From the IMG/VR virus record IMGVR_UViG_3300042467_002204: a DNA stretch of 64,000 bases; one strand, written 5' to 3'. The translations under genes and the position numbers were made by a program. The notes beneath the pieces were generated by a model that worked only from the letters and a program-made list of their open reading frames with translations, was not told the DNA's origin and made no database searches. The first letter of the stretch is position 1; every line of letters starts with the position of its first letter. Shown in pieces: positions 18,308 to 28,400 of this stretch. The stretch comes from an uncultured virus (IMG/VR IMGVR_UViG_3300042467_002204). Lineage: Duplodnaviria; Heunggongvirae; Uroviricota; Caudoviricetes.

Positions 18308-18897
18308 ACAAGCGCCCACGCGTTAGCCGCTCGCACATATAATCCGCTTGGAAAACTACCTGAAGTAACGGTTAAGTAAACCAAAGAACCTGACGGACTT
18401 GTGCTGGCAGCGGGAAGACCGCCAGGCAATACGGATGAAGTAACAATTGCTCCAGAAGCTGAAATAGCTCCTGACGCCATGATTGCTCCAGAAGCTGAAA
18501 TAGCTCCTGACGCCATGATTGTGGAACCAGCAACAGTAGCAAAGTTGGCGCTTCCTGCAGTTCCAGCAACCGTGGCCGAGTCAGCGATTAAAGCACCTAC
18601 TTTTTGCCACGTTGAGCCCGTCCATACACGCAAGTAATAAGAACTTGTCGAGCTGTCTACCCACTGTTCCCCTACTGAATTTCCGGCCAAACCGACGGGT
18701 GTTGAATTAGGTGCAGTAGCCCCATAATGCGTAGGGCCTACTTTTCGAATATTTCCTGCCGAATCTTTAAAGTACGCACCCGGATCAGTGGCACCAAAAC
18801 AGATTGCTGGTTCACCAGCGCTAACCGCCACGCCGCTTGGTCGATCCGAGGAATTACCTGATCTCTTTAATAAAATAGTTACAGGAGTTGAAGTCAT
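18304..18897 (-). CDS. virion / tail protein
   Basis: N-terminal ILLKRS...RP....GEPA motif, GEQWVD..LRVWTG.TW; ASGAI repeats. Confidence 0.7.
   Translation of the reverse strand: MTSTPVTILLKRSGNSSDRPSGVAVSAGEPAICFGATDPGAYFKDSAGNIRKVGPTHYGATAPNSTPVGLAGNSVGEQWVDSSTSSYYLRVWTGSTWQKVGALIADSATVAGTAGSANFATVAGSTIMASGAISASGAIMASGAISASGAIVTSSVLPGGLPAASTSPSGSLVYLTVTSGSFPSGLYVRAANAWALV
18446..18517. repeat. exact 36-bp tandem duplication encoding MASGAISASGAI
   Basis: ATTGCTCCAGAAGCTGAAATAGCTCCTGACGCCATG twice. Confidence 0.9.
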
Positions 18898-18898
18898 A

Positions 18899-20437
18899 TC
18901 AATAAGTTCCTCCGTTTATATAGAAAGATAAAGACGAAGGAGGTATCACAACACCGTTACTGTACTCGCCTCCATCTAAAACTGCAGTAGAAGTTGTAAC
19001 GGTAACGCCGTTCGAATACACTCCACCATCGTAAATATCTTGGGGTGTGCTAGCCGGGTTTAAAGGATTATATTGATCTAAAGTAAAAAGTTCAAAATTA
19101 GTATCTTGTAGCTCTGTAAAATCGTCTAACTGCCCGAAATTTAAAGTTTTTGCTACAACGTTATATTTGTCAGGATACAGAAGATGTTTTGGTAAACCGC
19201 TAAGAGACGGACTGTAGCGTTGCCACCAGATAAAATCTTCATTGCGCTTTAAAAAATCTGTTTGTTTTTGTAAATTCTTTTCAAACTTTTCTCTGTAATA
19301 CTCGTTTAGAGGTTCATCAGCAGGTTGCGTTAGATTATACGAAGTGTTATTACTTAAATTAAACTTTCGCTGCAGATCCCAGAAAGCAGCGTAAATGTGC
19401 TTACACCATTTTGGTTGATAATAATATAAATTTACATCTGAATATATAGGCGTATCATCATACCGGGGAGTCCTGTAAGCATTAGTTAAATATATAAATC
19501 CAAATGTTCTTACGTATCCAGGAAAGTCATTTGACAGCGCAACTCGGTCACTGTCTAGTGAACCAGTGTCATAAAAACCTGGGTCTAAGTTTAAGATTTT
19601 TGTATAGGGATATCTCTGTTTAAGCGATAAATTATAAAAGTTAAAACTTTCTCGAGCTAAAAAATCTTGACACGTACACTGAGTGCGAATTTCCGTGGTT
19701 AAAAATTCGCCTACAGCAGGCGGACCTAAAGCAGGAACAGACAGCTGTGTACTATCTACAACAGTCCAACTATTATCTTCAGAAAAAGATAAAAATAAAG
19801 TATTAAAATTTGGATCGACACTAGGTTCTTTAGGAACGCCGTTTAAACCCACAGCGATTACTGTGTAATTATTGTATCCGTACGGTTTTGCTGTGCCGTC
19901 AGCATTAAATCTATTTGAAAGAACTTCACCTTTAAAATATGAAATTGGAGAACCAAAATTTTGGCTCAGAATTACGGCATAAGTATTTTCGTTATATAGA
20001 CTCACAGAACTTACAGAAATACCAAAGTCCAAAAAATTAAACGTATCTCTGGGTCTAATACCTACTAAGTGCATTCTCATATCCGCTCTTTTTGTTGGAT
20101 ATGCAAAAAATATCCCCGGTATGTATCCGCCAACCCCTGCGGTACCAGATACATAATATTTGAAAGACGAATAAACTAAACCGGAATACGCTTGCTGCGT
20201 ATACATGCTTAGTTCATAACCACGGCGCCAACGTGCCCACAATGACGCGTAATCATAATCACTAAGTAAACTGAAATCTTTTGTGTTTGTTGCTGGACGA
20301 AATCTACGTTCAAAATGAAGCGGACGTGAAAGTTGACCTTGATTATCTGCTCCAAAAACATCGTGAGGACGTTTAACGCCCTCGTTGGCCTTAAAAGAGT
20401 TGAAATTAAAGTTGTCCGATCCTTTTCGGCGGCTCAT
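18899..20437 (-). CDS. hypothetical protein with split SWIM-type Zn finger and C-terminal DGG repeats
   Basis: CTCQDF ... WCKHIYA; DGGVYSNGV / DGGEYSNGV. Confidence 0.65.
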   Translation of the reverse strand: MSRRKGSDNFNFNSFKANEGVKRPHDVFGADNQGQLSRPLHFERRFRPATNTKDFSLLSDYDYASLWARWRRGYELSMYTQQAYSGLVYSSFKYYVSGTAGVGGYIPGIFFAYPTKRADMRMHLVGIRPRDTFNFLDFGISVSSVSLYNENTYAVILSQNFGSPISYFKGEVLSNRFNADGTAKPYGYNNYTVIAVGLNGVPKEPSVDPNFNTLFLSFSEDNSWTVVDSTQLSVPALGPPAVGEFLTTEIRTQCTCQDFLARESFNFYNLSLKQRYPYTKILNLDPGFYDTGSLDSDRVALSNDFPGYVRTFGFIYLTNAYRTPRYDDTPIYSDVNLYYYQPKWCKHIYAAFWDLQRKFNLSNNTSYNLTQPADEPLNEYYREKFEKNLQKQTDFLKRNEDFIWWQRYSPSLSGLPKHLLYPDKYNVVAKTLNFGQLDDFTELQDTNFELFTLDQYNPLNPASTPQDIYDGGVYSNGVTVTTSTAVLDGGEYSNGVVIPPSSLSFYINGGTY

Positions 20438-20440
20438 TTA

Positions 20441-20998
20441 TCAATAGAATCCGCCTTGCGACCAGATGGTAATACCGGAAGGACTCAAACCACCCGAAAC
20501 GGAGGTAGGTCCGTTACCGAGATAACCGGCACACAGAATGTAACCTTTTTCAAGGTATAAACCTTCACCTTTACCGATCTGAATAGGAGCGATCAGCGTG
20601 GTATCCCCAACTTGAGGAACAGGAGCATTAACAGCAAAAAGTTGAATTGGAAGCGGATAACCAAAAGTGCTGCCACTTAAACCGACTTCAAAGCGGCCAA
20701 CCATCAAAGCAGCAGAGGTGGAGGGAGCTGCTTGGTTAGGCGCATAGACATACAACGCAATGTCAGCAGTACGGATACCGCTGCGGTCCGGATAATCTTC
20801 GTTAGAAACGATAGTTATATCTTCTACAAAAGCACCATCCTCAGTTGGGAGGTCACCCACACGGACTAGCTGGATCAGATCCCCAAGACTCGGACTGGAA
20901 GGATTAGAAACGGTCGAAGTCGCGTTAGTGATCCGAGCACCCCGTAAAAAAGGGCGATCAATCAGACAAGGAGATTTGTTGGTGCTTGTTGTTGCCAT
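20441..20998 (-). CDS. probable virion structural protein
   Basis: 185 aa beta-rich ORF in the structural cluster, ends QGGFY. Confidence 0.65.
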   Translation of the reverse strand: MATTSTNKSPCLIDRPFLRGARITNATSTVSNPSSPSLGDLIQLVRVGDLPTEDGAFVEDITIVSNEDYPDRSGIRTADIALYVYAPNQAAPSTSAALMVGRFEVGLSGSTFGYPLPIQLFAVNAPVPQVGDTTLIAPIQIGKGEGLYLEKGYILCAGYLGNGPTSVSGGLSPSGITIWSQGGFY

Positions 20999-21007
20999 GA
21001 TTAAATT

Positions 21008-21412
21008 TTAAACAGAGAAGGTGTCAGCAAACATACCCGATAAAAGCGGGCGGATAAGAGGGTTATTCGTAGCGCCTTGTTTTTGAGAAATTTGCGCCAA
21101 CATTGCGGTTAGAGGATCTTGTTTCCCTTTATTAAGGTATCGTGCAAGGTTTTCTTGCGCCATACGCACCGGAGGGCCTCCACGGAGGGCGTTTCCTATT
21201 CCTTCAGCTAAAGCCCCTGCACCGTATAAAAAACCAGGAAAGTCAAATTTAGACTCTTCTGCTGTAGGCTTGAAAGATTGACTATAGTCTGTTTTTGGGA
21301 CAGCATAGTAATCTACTAAGCCGGGATTTGGTCCGTAATCACGGTAGGCGTCATAATCAGCGCTACCGTAATTATAAAAATTCGAACTGTTGTAGTTATC
21401 GAAATAGCCCAT
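21008..21412 (-). CDS. hypothetical virion protein
   Basis: 134 aa ORF with Tyr/Asn-rich N-terminus. Confidence 0.6.
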   Translation of the reverse strand: MGYFDNYNSSNFYNYGSADYDAYRDYGPNPGLVDYYAVPKTDYSQSFKPTAEESKFDFPGFLYGAGALAEGIGNALRGGPPVRMAQENLARYLNKGKQDPLTAMLAQISQKQGATNNPLIRPLLSGMFADTFSV

Positions 21413-21447
21413 AGTTTTTTAAAGTAAGGAATTTATCTACAGAAAGT

Positions 21448-22641
21448 CTAGTATCCCATAGGAATACGAGCTCGCGATAGAGCTATTGAGAAGTCGGTAG
21501 GAAGCGGCTTAAGGCTAGGAACTAATTGAGGCATAACAGTAGCTCCAATGTCAGAAGCTCCTTGTGATCCAAATGCGGTACCTACAGCAGCCGAAGCAGA
21601 CCCAAGAGCATTATTAGTAAAATTAGTACCCATTGGGGTAGAAATTTCAACGCCACGTGCCTGAGGCATTTGCTGCGAGGGCATAGCGCGATTTCCCTTC
21701 ATCCGCTCTAATAATTCATAAGTCAACTCGGGATTAGAACCAGCCCAAGTGCGAATATCAGCCTCCGAATAACGGGGATCTTGTTGAGCTAATTCGCCTA
21801 CGAGAGCGCGGGCAACATCGGGTTGATTAGCGTACCGTTCACGCTGAGCGTAATACGTAGCAATGTCTGGGTAGTTTTCAGCAGAGGGACTGCCAGGCAT
21901 GAAGGGCATCTGCGAAGTTGCCTTGGCCTGTTGAATAGCTTGAATCAACTCACTCTGCCTAGTACGAGCAGCGGGAGTACCCATAAATCCGGGAGAAGGA
22001 AGTTGTTGACCAGCTCCCATGGGAGAGAAGGAAGCTTCAACAATGCCAGTAACCGCAGGAGTCAAAGGGCCGGTTTCCGGGGTAGCCGTGGGCTGACCCA
22101 TCGGAGTTTGAGCTTGCTCAGCGTCGGGCCTAAAAGCATTAACTAAAGCAGCTGAACCTGCCATAGTTCCGGCAGAAGCAGCGACCAGACCAGCTCTACG
22201 CAAGAGTGAGCCGAGGTCTAATTGCTGAACACCACCGGCTGCATTTCCAAAAGCAACATCAACAGGAATATCTGCAGATGTCAGTGCTTGAGTATTAACA
22301 GTAAATTCCGGTTTAGGGGCCGGATTAATAGAAGTGCGGAAGTTGGGTTCTGGAGCGGGACGACCCATCGGAACATTCCGAGCAGGCATTGTCGTAGGAC
22401 GAACAGCCCTAACACCACCTAAAGGAAGCTCTAACTGACCAGGAGAAGTTCGCATAACTTCTCTGGCGGGGGCTGCAACCGGACGGACATTCGGCTCAAC
22501 AGGAGTCGTACGAATAAAGGGTGCGCTATTTCCTCTTACAGATTTCTTAAAGTTATAAGCTTCTCCTAGTGTGTTACCTGCTTCTCTTTTAAGAAGCTCA
22601 CCTTGCATAAATCTGCGGACCTGATCTAAAAGACTTGACAT
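21448..22641 (-). CDS. hypothetical Pro/Ala-rich virion protein
   Basis: 397 aa ORF. Confidence 0.7.
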   Translation of the reverse strand: MSSLLDQVRRFMQGELLKREAGNTLGEAYNFKKSVRGNSAPFIRTTPVEPNVRPVAAPAREVMRTSPGQLELPLGGVRAVRPTTMPARNVPMGRPAPEPNFRTSINPAPKPEFTVNTQALTSADIPVDVAFGNAAGGVQQLDLGSLLRRAGLVAASAGTMAGSAALVNAFRPDAEQAQTPMGQPTATPETGPLTPAVTGIVEASFSPMGAGQQLPSPGFMGTPAARTRQSELIQAIQQAKATSQMPFMPGSPSAENYPDIATYYAQRERYANQPDVARALVGELAQQDPRYSEADIRTWAGSNPELTYELLERMKGNRAMPSQQMPQARGVEISTPMGTNFTNNALGSASAAVGTAFGSQGASDIGATVMPQLVPSLKPLPTDFSIALSRARIPMGY

Positions 22642-22667
22642 CTAAGTACAAAAATCCTGTAGTTATC

Positions 22668-23288
22668 TTAGCGCCAGTTTGCATAGAAGTACAAACGATC
22701 AGATCGCGAAATATCAGGAGGTCCAGGTATAGCTTGAATAAATTCAGCACCACTACGTTCAAAACGATACCGAGCTGCCACGGGGTCTCTGTAATTTGGG
22801 ACGTAGAGCATGTGCGCTAAACGATCACACTCATATAGATAATTTTCCCGCCAAATCCGAGCAGTTTCCCGCTTATCTTGAATATTAATTGAACGACTAA
22901 CGTCACCAAGAATTGTTTCCTGACGGCTAGTTGCTCGACCCGTGGCAAGCTCAGTTAGCCTCTCAGCTTCCTCACAGCGCTCAATTTGCTGGACAATTTT
23001 ATCGTAGTAGAATTCACTAGGAATACTATTACACGCTTCCATTAACCTGGCGTAATCACCAGCAGGAACAGTAGCGATGTTATATCCTAGGTGATATGCT
23101 GTACGACTAAAGTTAAAATCGTCAAGCCTATAACCAAATACCTGTGCCGGATTACGCGTTAGCTGATTAATCGCGGCATAAACTACTTCGCGCTTAGTAG
23201 CGTCTGTAGTATCAGGTTGAAAAACAACACCTTGCTGAGCTAGGTAACTTTGAATTTGTTCTAGCTCTTGCGTGCTTAACTGTGCCAC
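22668..23288 (-). CDS. probable head-completion / neck protein
   Basis: 206 aa downstream of capsid genes; YHLGY and Y..E.DRLA.ML.V motifs; position-based call. Confidence 0.5.
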   Translation of the reverse strand: MAQLSTQELEQIQSYLAQQGVVFQPDTTDATKREVVYAAINQLTRNPAQVFGYRLDDFNFSRTAYHLGYNIATVPAGDYARLMEACNSIPSEFYYDKIVQQIERCEEAERLTELATGRATSRQETILGDVSRSINIQDKRETARIWRENYLYECDRLAHMLYVPNYRDPVAARYRFERSGAEFIQAIPGPPDISRSDRLYFYANWR

Positions 23289-23330
23289 GGGTGTTGTTAT
23301 CCTCTTTTTTTATTCTAAATTACTTAAAAA

Positions 23331-23765
23331 TTATTCGACATAAACGTGATCGCCTTCTAAAACTTCGTCCCAGTTGATGTTTTTAATGGACTTCAACTGA
23401 TCAAGTTTGGTAAAGCGCTCACCCGGTTGAGCTTGTTGTAGCTCCTTAATTTCAGTAGCGGTCTTCATTCCTACGCCTTTAAGAACCTGCGTTAAAAGCT
23501 GCGGTGTGGCGCTATTGATGTTGATGCGGGTGAATGCTTGCACCTCCGGCTTAACTACCTGCCGACCACGACGTTGCTTAACGTGTTTTTCGCTCTCCTT
23601 GGTTTCTGTAACTTTTTCATCAATCTGGTTCTTGTGGGCAAAGAAAACTTTTCCAGTCGTTAAAGAACGCACCATGAAGTATTCTCCTTCATCGTGTGAG
23701 CTGACAACCTCTACTTTTACACCGTTGGGGGTGTAAGTGAATTCTTTGGCCTGTGTAGCAGTCAT
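23331..23765 (-). CDS. helix-hairpin-helix (ComEA-like) DNA-binding protein
   Basis: ININSAT...L...LKGVGMKTATEI...F..LDQL. Confidence 0.75.
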   Translation of the reverse strand: MTATQAKEFTYTPNGVKVEVVSSHDEGEYFMVRSLTTGKVFFAHKNQIDEKVTETKESEKHVKQRRGRQVVKPEVQAFTRININSATPQLLTQVLKGVGMKTATEIKELQQAQPGERFTKLDQLKSIKNINWDEVLEGDHVYVE

Positions 23766-23823
23766 TATGTGAACAGTATCTGTGACAATTTTACATTAAA
23801 ATGACTTAAGAGCTTGAGAAAAA

Positions 23824-24348
23824 ATGCCTGCTTTTAAATTCGCGGGAAACTTGCGTGGACTATTAAGGGCTACTCCTGGTGTCGGTGACATATTAAATAC
23901 AGTTTTGGAAGCAGCTGATCAAATTCAAGCTGGAGTTCCTATACAGAGAGCTGTAACTAGAGCAATTCCTGTTGGTGCAGTTGGATTAGCTACCAATATT
24001 TATGATCCGTTGGGAGTTACTAATATGGCACCTACGGTAGTTAGATTAGCTGGAGATGTTGCTAAGCAATTAGATTTCGCAAAAAAAGCGCGATTACAAA
24101 GCCCTCCAATAACTTCAGGGAGAGATCCGAGAATTGTGAATGCTGCAGAAAATATTATGCTTCAAATGTGGCAGGATCCCCAAGAAGTTGAAAAAGCAGC
24201 AAAAGTTCTAGATAAATTTAACAGCGAAGCAGCAGCGCGTTATATTGTCGATAAAACTGATCCGTTAACAAAAGAAGGACAATTTTCCGCCGACCCTACT
24301 GAACGATTACAACAATTACAAGAATTTTTGTCCAGAACAAATAGATAA
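23824..24348 (+). CDS. hypothetical protein in opposite orientation to the structural genes
   Basis: 174 aa ORF ending at a bidirectional terminator. Confidence 0.65.
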   Translation: MPAFKFAGNLRGLLRATPGVGDILNTVLEAADQIQAGVPIQRAVTRAIPVGAVGLATNIYDPLGVTNMAPTVVRLAGDVAKQLDFAKKARLQSPPITSGRDPRIVNAAENIMLQMWQDPQEVEKAAKVLDKFNSEAAARYIVDKTDPLTKEGQFSADPTERLQQLQEFLSRTNR

Positions 24349-24381
24349 TAAAAAAGCCCCTCCGAAGAGGGGCCTTTATTT
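24349..24381. terminator. bidirectional intrinsic terminator
   Basis: AAAAAA GCCCCTC CGAA GAGGGGC CTTTATTTT between convergent genes. Confidence 0.85.
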
Positions 24382-24393
24382 TGCCGAAAATTA

Positions 24394-25272
24394 TCAGGCC
24401 GGGACAGTCGAAGTGTACACACTCGATTCCACGAGGCCGCCAGGCTGCAGGGCCAGATCGTCGCGCTTGGGCGCTTCGTCAGGAACCAACCAGCAAACTT
24501 CGCAAATAGCGAGAGCTTTGTTCTTACCAGACAGCTTACCTGCTTGAGCACGGGGGTCATAAACACCCGAAGCCAGAGTTAAGCCAGAGGCAACAACACC
24601 GCCAAGGTTGCGGGTGGCAAACAACTGCCAAGTCCTATCTGCAGTCAGAGCAGACAAGTTGTTGGAGTTGAAAATGTTCACCGAATTGTTAGTGCCGTTA
24701 GTGATGCGGCTATTTAAACCGCTCACAGTGACACCAAACTGACCGGACACCACGGTGCCATCTGCACGGAGACCTTGGTTCATAGCAGGAACCAGCGTCA
24801 GGCAAGGCGAAGCCACACCGCCGCCAACACCGCTGCTGACCACATCGCCGCCGTCAACGCGGAGCGAAGCACGGTAAACATAAGCGCCCGAAGGAACAGT
24901 AATACCGTTCGCAATATCAGCCCGAACATCCTTATGGTAATCAGGAGAGGGGATGATGACGTTGGCGCTGCTGAACGAACCGTTAGAACCGTTCAGACCG
25001 GAACCGTAAGGTTGAGCGTAATACTCAAGCTGGTTAACGCTACCAAGAGCCTGATAGGACAGGTCAACGTAGCCGATAGCCTGCTGAGCAATCCAGCCGG
25101 GCTGGAAGATAACACCAACAGGACCGCCAATAGGCTGGCTGGTCAGAGTTTGCGAAGTACCGTTCTCGTTCAGATAAACGACGGACTTCTCTTCGTGCCA
25201 ATAACGAAGAACGTTGGTGTAGTTACCAGGATAAATCTTGGCAACCGAGATTTGGTTGGGATTAACAGTCAT
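24394..25272 (-). CDS. probable capsid decoration / minor capsid protein
   Basis: 292 aa right after the capsid gene, strong GAGGAGG RBS, G/S/V-rich. Confidence 0.55.
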   Translation of the reverse strand: MTVNPNQISVAKIYPGNYTNVLRYWHEEKSVVYLNENGTSQTLTSQPIGGPVGVIFQPGWIAQQAIGYVDLSYQALGSVNQLEYYAQPYGSGLNGSNGSFSSANVIIPSPDYHKDVRADIANGITVPSGAYVYRASLRVDGGDVVSSGVGGGVASPCLTLVPAMNQGLRADGTVVSGQFGVTVSGLNSRITNGTNNSVNIFNSNNLSALTADRTWQLFATRNLGGVVASGLTLASGVYDPRAQAGKLSGKNKALAICEVCWLVPDEAPKRDDLALQPGGLVESSVYTSTVPA

Positions 25273-25286
25273 GATTAATTACCTCC

Positions 25287-26310
25287 TCAAGCGTTGAATG
25301 AGTAGGCAATGGTGGCGAAGTCAGCGTTCAGGAGTTCGAAACCTGCGTACAGGCTCCAAATCATCATGATGAAACGGCTGAAATCGTCATTGTTGTTGAG
25401 CAGCACTTGGGCGTTGTTACCGCCGATGCCGACACCAACAGATTGCGGACCGAAGAACATACCGATAGCAGACTCGTATGAAGACGAAGTACCGCCGATG
25501 GTCGCAGTTTGGCTCTGCGAAGGCATGTTGGTCGATTCGAAGAAGCGAACACCTTCGAACACGAAACCGGTCGGCATGATCGGCTCACCAGCCACGAAGG
25601 TGGCTTGGCCGAAGCCCTGACCCATGTAGATGGCAGCGTTGGGCTGCATCGAGGACATCAGGGGGTTGATCTGACCATTGCCGGGATAACGAGCAACTTC
25701 ACGGAAGTCGCTGTTCTGGCGCAGGTGCATCAGGAAGGTAGGATCGCAAACGCAGCGATAGAAACCATCCTGATAGGTAGGAGTGTTCCGCTTACGCAGG
25801 CTCTTCACCACGCGCAGCAGGTCATCCTTAACGTCGAACTTAGCTTGCTCGGCGTTGGCGTAGGTGAGGCTACCGACGGCGAGATCACCGGGGTAGTAGT
25901 AACCACCTTGGCTGTCAGAAGACTGACCCTTGGAAACAGCTTTCAGGAGTTCGTTGATGAACACCCGATCACGCCAACGACGATAGTCGTCGAGCAGAGT
26001 CAGGGAGCCGATCGACTGGTGGAAAGCGGTCAGGTTACCGGTATCCAGCAGAAGACGCTGAGCAGTAATAAGGGTTTCGCGAGCAATCTTAAAGGTGCTC
26101 GGCTGAGTGGGATCGGAAGGGTCCGCAGGACCGGTGTACTCACGAAGAGTAACCAGCACTTTGTCCTTCACAATGTTTCTGCTGTTGGCAGTACCGATGG
26201 TCTGCTCAGCAGTGCGCTCCCGAGACTCCTTAGAGCCAGGGTTGCCCCAGAAACGATAACGGTCAAGCTGAACGGTCTGGCCGGGTTGTTTGGAAAAGTC
26301 GTGAACAACA
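25287..26310 (-). CDS. major capsid protein, exon 2
   Basis: HDFSKQPGQTVQLDRY, G..FEGVRFFES, DDF.R motifs of HK97-fold capsid proteins; joins exon 1 in frame for 371 aa total. Confidence 0.85.
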
Positions 26311-27437
26311 CGTGTTAGGATTTGCGGGTTCAAATCCACTCTCTGAGTTTTTCATCCTCAGAGCACTGACTATATCTTGCTCCCAAAATGACTCGTTACA
26401 ATCGTTTTTCTCCCGACCCTGCTGTTATTCGAGAGTTGGCATCAAAAATGCCAGATGTCGAAGCAGCAAAAATTCTAGGAGTAACAATGGTGACGTTCTA
26501 TAAAGCTAGAAAGCAATTAGGTATTCCATCTTATTTTGAGCAAACAGGTAAACGAATAAGAAAATCAGGAGAAACTTACTCTTTTATGAGTTATGATGAC
26601 CGGTATTTTAAGGTCATCGATTCACCTGATAAAGCTTATTTTTTAGGTTTGCTGGCATCAGATGGAAACATAAGTCCTAGATTAACGGCTGTACGAATTG
26701 CTTTAAAAGAAGAAGATAGTCTAATTTTAGAGCAATTTAGAAAGTTTTTAGGTGAAGATGCACCTGAACTTAAAACTAAGACTTCTAAGATAAATGGGAA
26801 GCTTAGTGCTCCTCAAAAAGTCTTAGCTCTTAGTAAAAAATCCATGGTAGAAGACTTGTTGAAATTAGGAATAACTCCAAACAAATCACACACCTTAAAA
26901 CTTCTTTGTGACCTCCGTGAATTTAAAAAGGACTTCCTCAGAGGCGTGTGGGACGGCGACGGATCCATAACAGAACGACGCTTTAAAGTAACCACTGCTT
27001 CTGAAGAATTTGCCAACCAACTTCAAACTTGGATTCTCGATGTAAGTGCAGTCAAACTCCTTATAAAAAAGGAAACTACACAACGTGGAAAACAATTGTT
27101 TAATCTTCCAGGTTACATCAGGGACGCTAAAGCAATTAGAGCTATTTACGGAGAATCTAAGTTAGGTATTGAACGTAAATTAAAAAATTACGAACAATAC
27201 TGGGAGCCCCGGCGCTAGTGGACTTCATAATCCGGTCTGGATCGTATGTCCTAGTCGATGAACCTTCCACTCATTCCTGAGAGGCTTGGCTGCTGATTGC
27301 CCCAGAATCCAAACTTTTTAACCGTTCACGCTTACTGTCACCAGTTACGTTGTAGGGTTTGGATCTTTTAAGAAGGGTTTCCAGCAATTCACCGGGTTGT
27401 CACTTTCTGATTACTCAGAAAGGCGGCTGGGTTGTCA
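26311..27437 (-). mobile_element. group I self-splicing intron (subgroup IA-like), 1127 nt
   Basis: P AAUUGCUGGAAA, Q AAUCAGCAGCC, R UCAUCGACUA, S AAGAUAUAGUC; P1 CGGU|UG:CAGCCG with U.G at the splice site; terminal G at 26311; extra helix between P7 and P3. Confidence 0.93.
26388..27218 (+). CDS. LAGLIDADG homing endonuclease (two motifs), antisense to the intron
   Basis: AYFLGLLASDGNI and DFLRGVWDGDGSI; lies in the intron P8 loop. Confidence 0.9.
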   Translation: MTRYNRFSPDPAVIRELASKMPDVEAAKILGVTMVTFYKARKQLGIPSYFEQTGKRIRKSGETYSFMSYDDRYFKVIDSPDKAYFLGLLASDGNISPRLTAVRIALKEEDSLILEQFRKFLGEDAPELKTKTSKINGKLSAPQKVLALSKKSMVEDLLKLGITPNKSHTLKLLCDLREFKKDFLRGVWDGDGSITERRFKVTTASEEFANQLQTWILDVSAVKLLIKKETTQRGKQLFNLPGYIRDAKAIRAIYGESKLGIERKLKNYEQYWEPRR

Positions 27438-27529
27438 ACCGGTTCTGCAGCCATCTCTACAACATACGCGGGATGCGGACGGTAGAGCTCTGCACCGAGC
27501 AGCTTCGGAAAATCATTGTCGACGAACAA
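27438..27529 (-). CDS. major capsid protein, exon 1
   Basis: GGAGG RBS then TTG start; MFVDNDFPKLLGAELYRPHPAYVVEMAAEP plus GT; splicing gives ...EPVVVHDF. Confidence 0.85.
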
Positions 27530-27610
27530 AGCGTCAACCTCCGAAAAACTACATACTTAATTTAACGAAAAAACATCTATGTGAACACTTTCTTGTCGCA
27601 TTTTTAGCGT

Positions 27611-28360
27611 TTAACCTTTCTGATTGCTCGAATTAACAGACGCACTAAATGTCCTGACAAGGTTACGTACACCCTCAGAACCTTGGAAGTACACCGAACC
27701 CAAGTTCGAAACGTAACGCGTTGAGCCGCCACGATAGATGGTGCGGATTACAGCCGACATCAAGCCAGGAACTTGAGCCCTAGTGGCTTCCGTGTATGTA
27801 CGGCAATAGACCGGAGGGTTGTATATCCAGTCAGCTCGTGTAGCAACACCCGAACTAACAGCCGTGGTCAGTAGACCACCTTCGTAGCGACCGTGAGTTA
27901 CCCCACCTCCTGTAATACCTTCAGCAACCGTATTGGAATCTGGTGTTTTATAAGGAGAGTAATCTTGATTATCCGGCGCAACACCTCCGAAATACGTGTA
28001 AGGCAATGTTTGCCGAACACCGAAGTTCGAACTAAAGGAAGTTTGAACTTTGGCGTATGCGATTGTTGAAAAACCTAAAGGTCTATATCCTTCTTCAGCA
28101 CTAAGAGCCCCGCTTGGTTGATACGCAACACCAGGGGTGTAATCAATCCAGTAACCCGAGACAGCCTGTGGAGCTACACGCCAGTCATCCGTTAAATACC
28201 AGGAACCGCTATTAGGGGGTCCCGGTGTAATGCGACCGAGATCAGCTCCGACATCAACGATGCCAGAAGATACAACTAAATAAGATTCATGATTAGGTCC
28301 GCTTTGAATCTGATGCAGACCAGAATCATATTTATAGTTCGTCAGCGGAATGTATCCCAC
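27611..28360 (-). CDS. probable virion structural protein
   Basis: 249 aa G/S/Y-rich, GTG start, TAGAAT upstream. Confidence 0.65.
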   Translation of the reverse strand: MGYIPLTNYKYDSGLHQIQSGPNHESYLVVSSGIVDVGADLGRITPGPPNSGSWYLTDDWRVAPQAVSGYWIDYTPGVAYQPSGALSAEEGYRPLGFSTIAYAKVQTSFSSNFGVRQTLPYTYFGGVAPDNQDYSPYKTPDSNTVAEGITGGGVTHGRYEGGLLTTAVSSGVATRADWIYNPPVYCRTYTEATRAQVPGLMSAVIRTIYRGGSTRYVSNLGSVYFQGSEGVRNLVRTFSASVNSSNQKG

Positions 28361-28400
28361 GAGGCTATGGCATATAGCCTCATTCTAAGTTTTAACTAAA

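Noticed and set aside
24775..26318. Long plus-strand ORFs 24775-25278 and 25509-26318 (also 4213-4755 and 28715-29266)
   Set aside because: Antisense shadows of codon-biased minus-strand genes.
26311..26339. Track start MDLNPQILTR for the capsid ORF
   Set aside because: These codons are intron P9 sequence; the true N-terminus is exon 1 at 27529.
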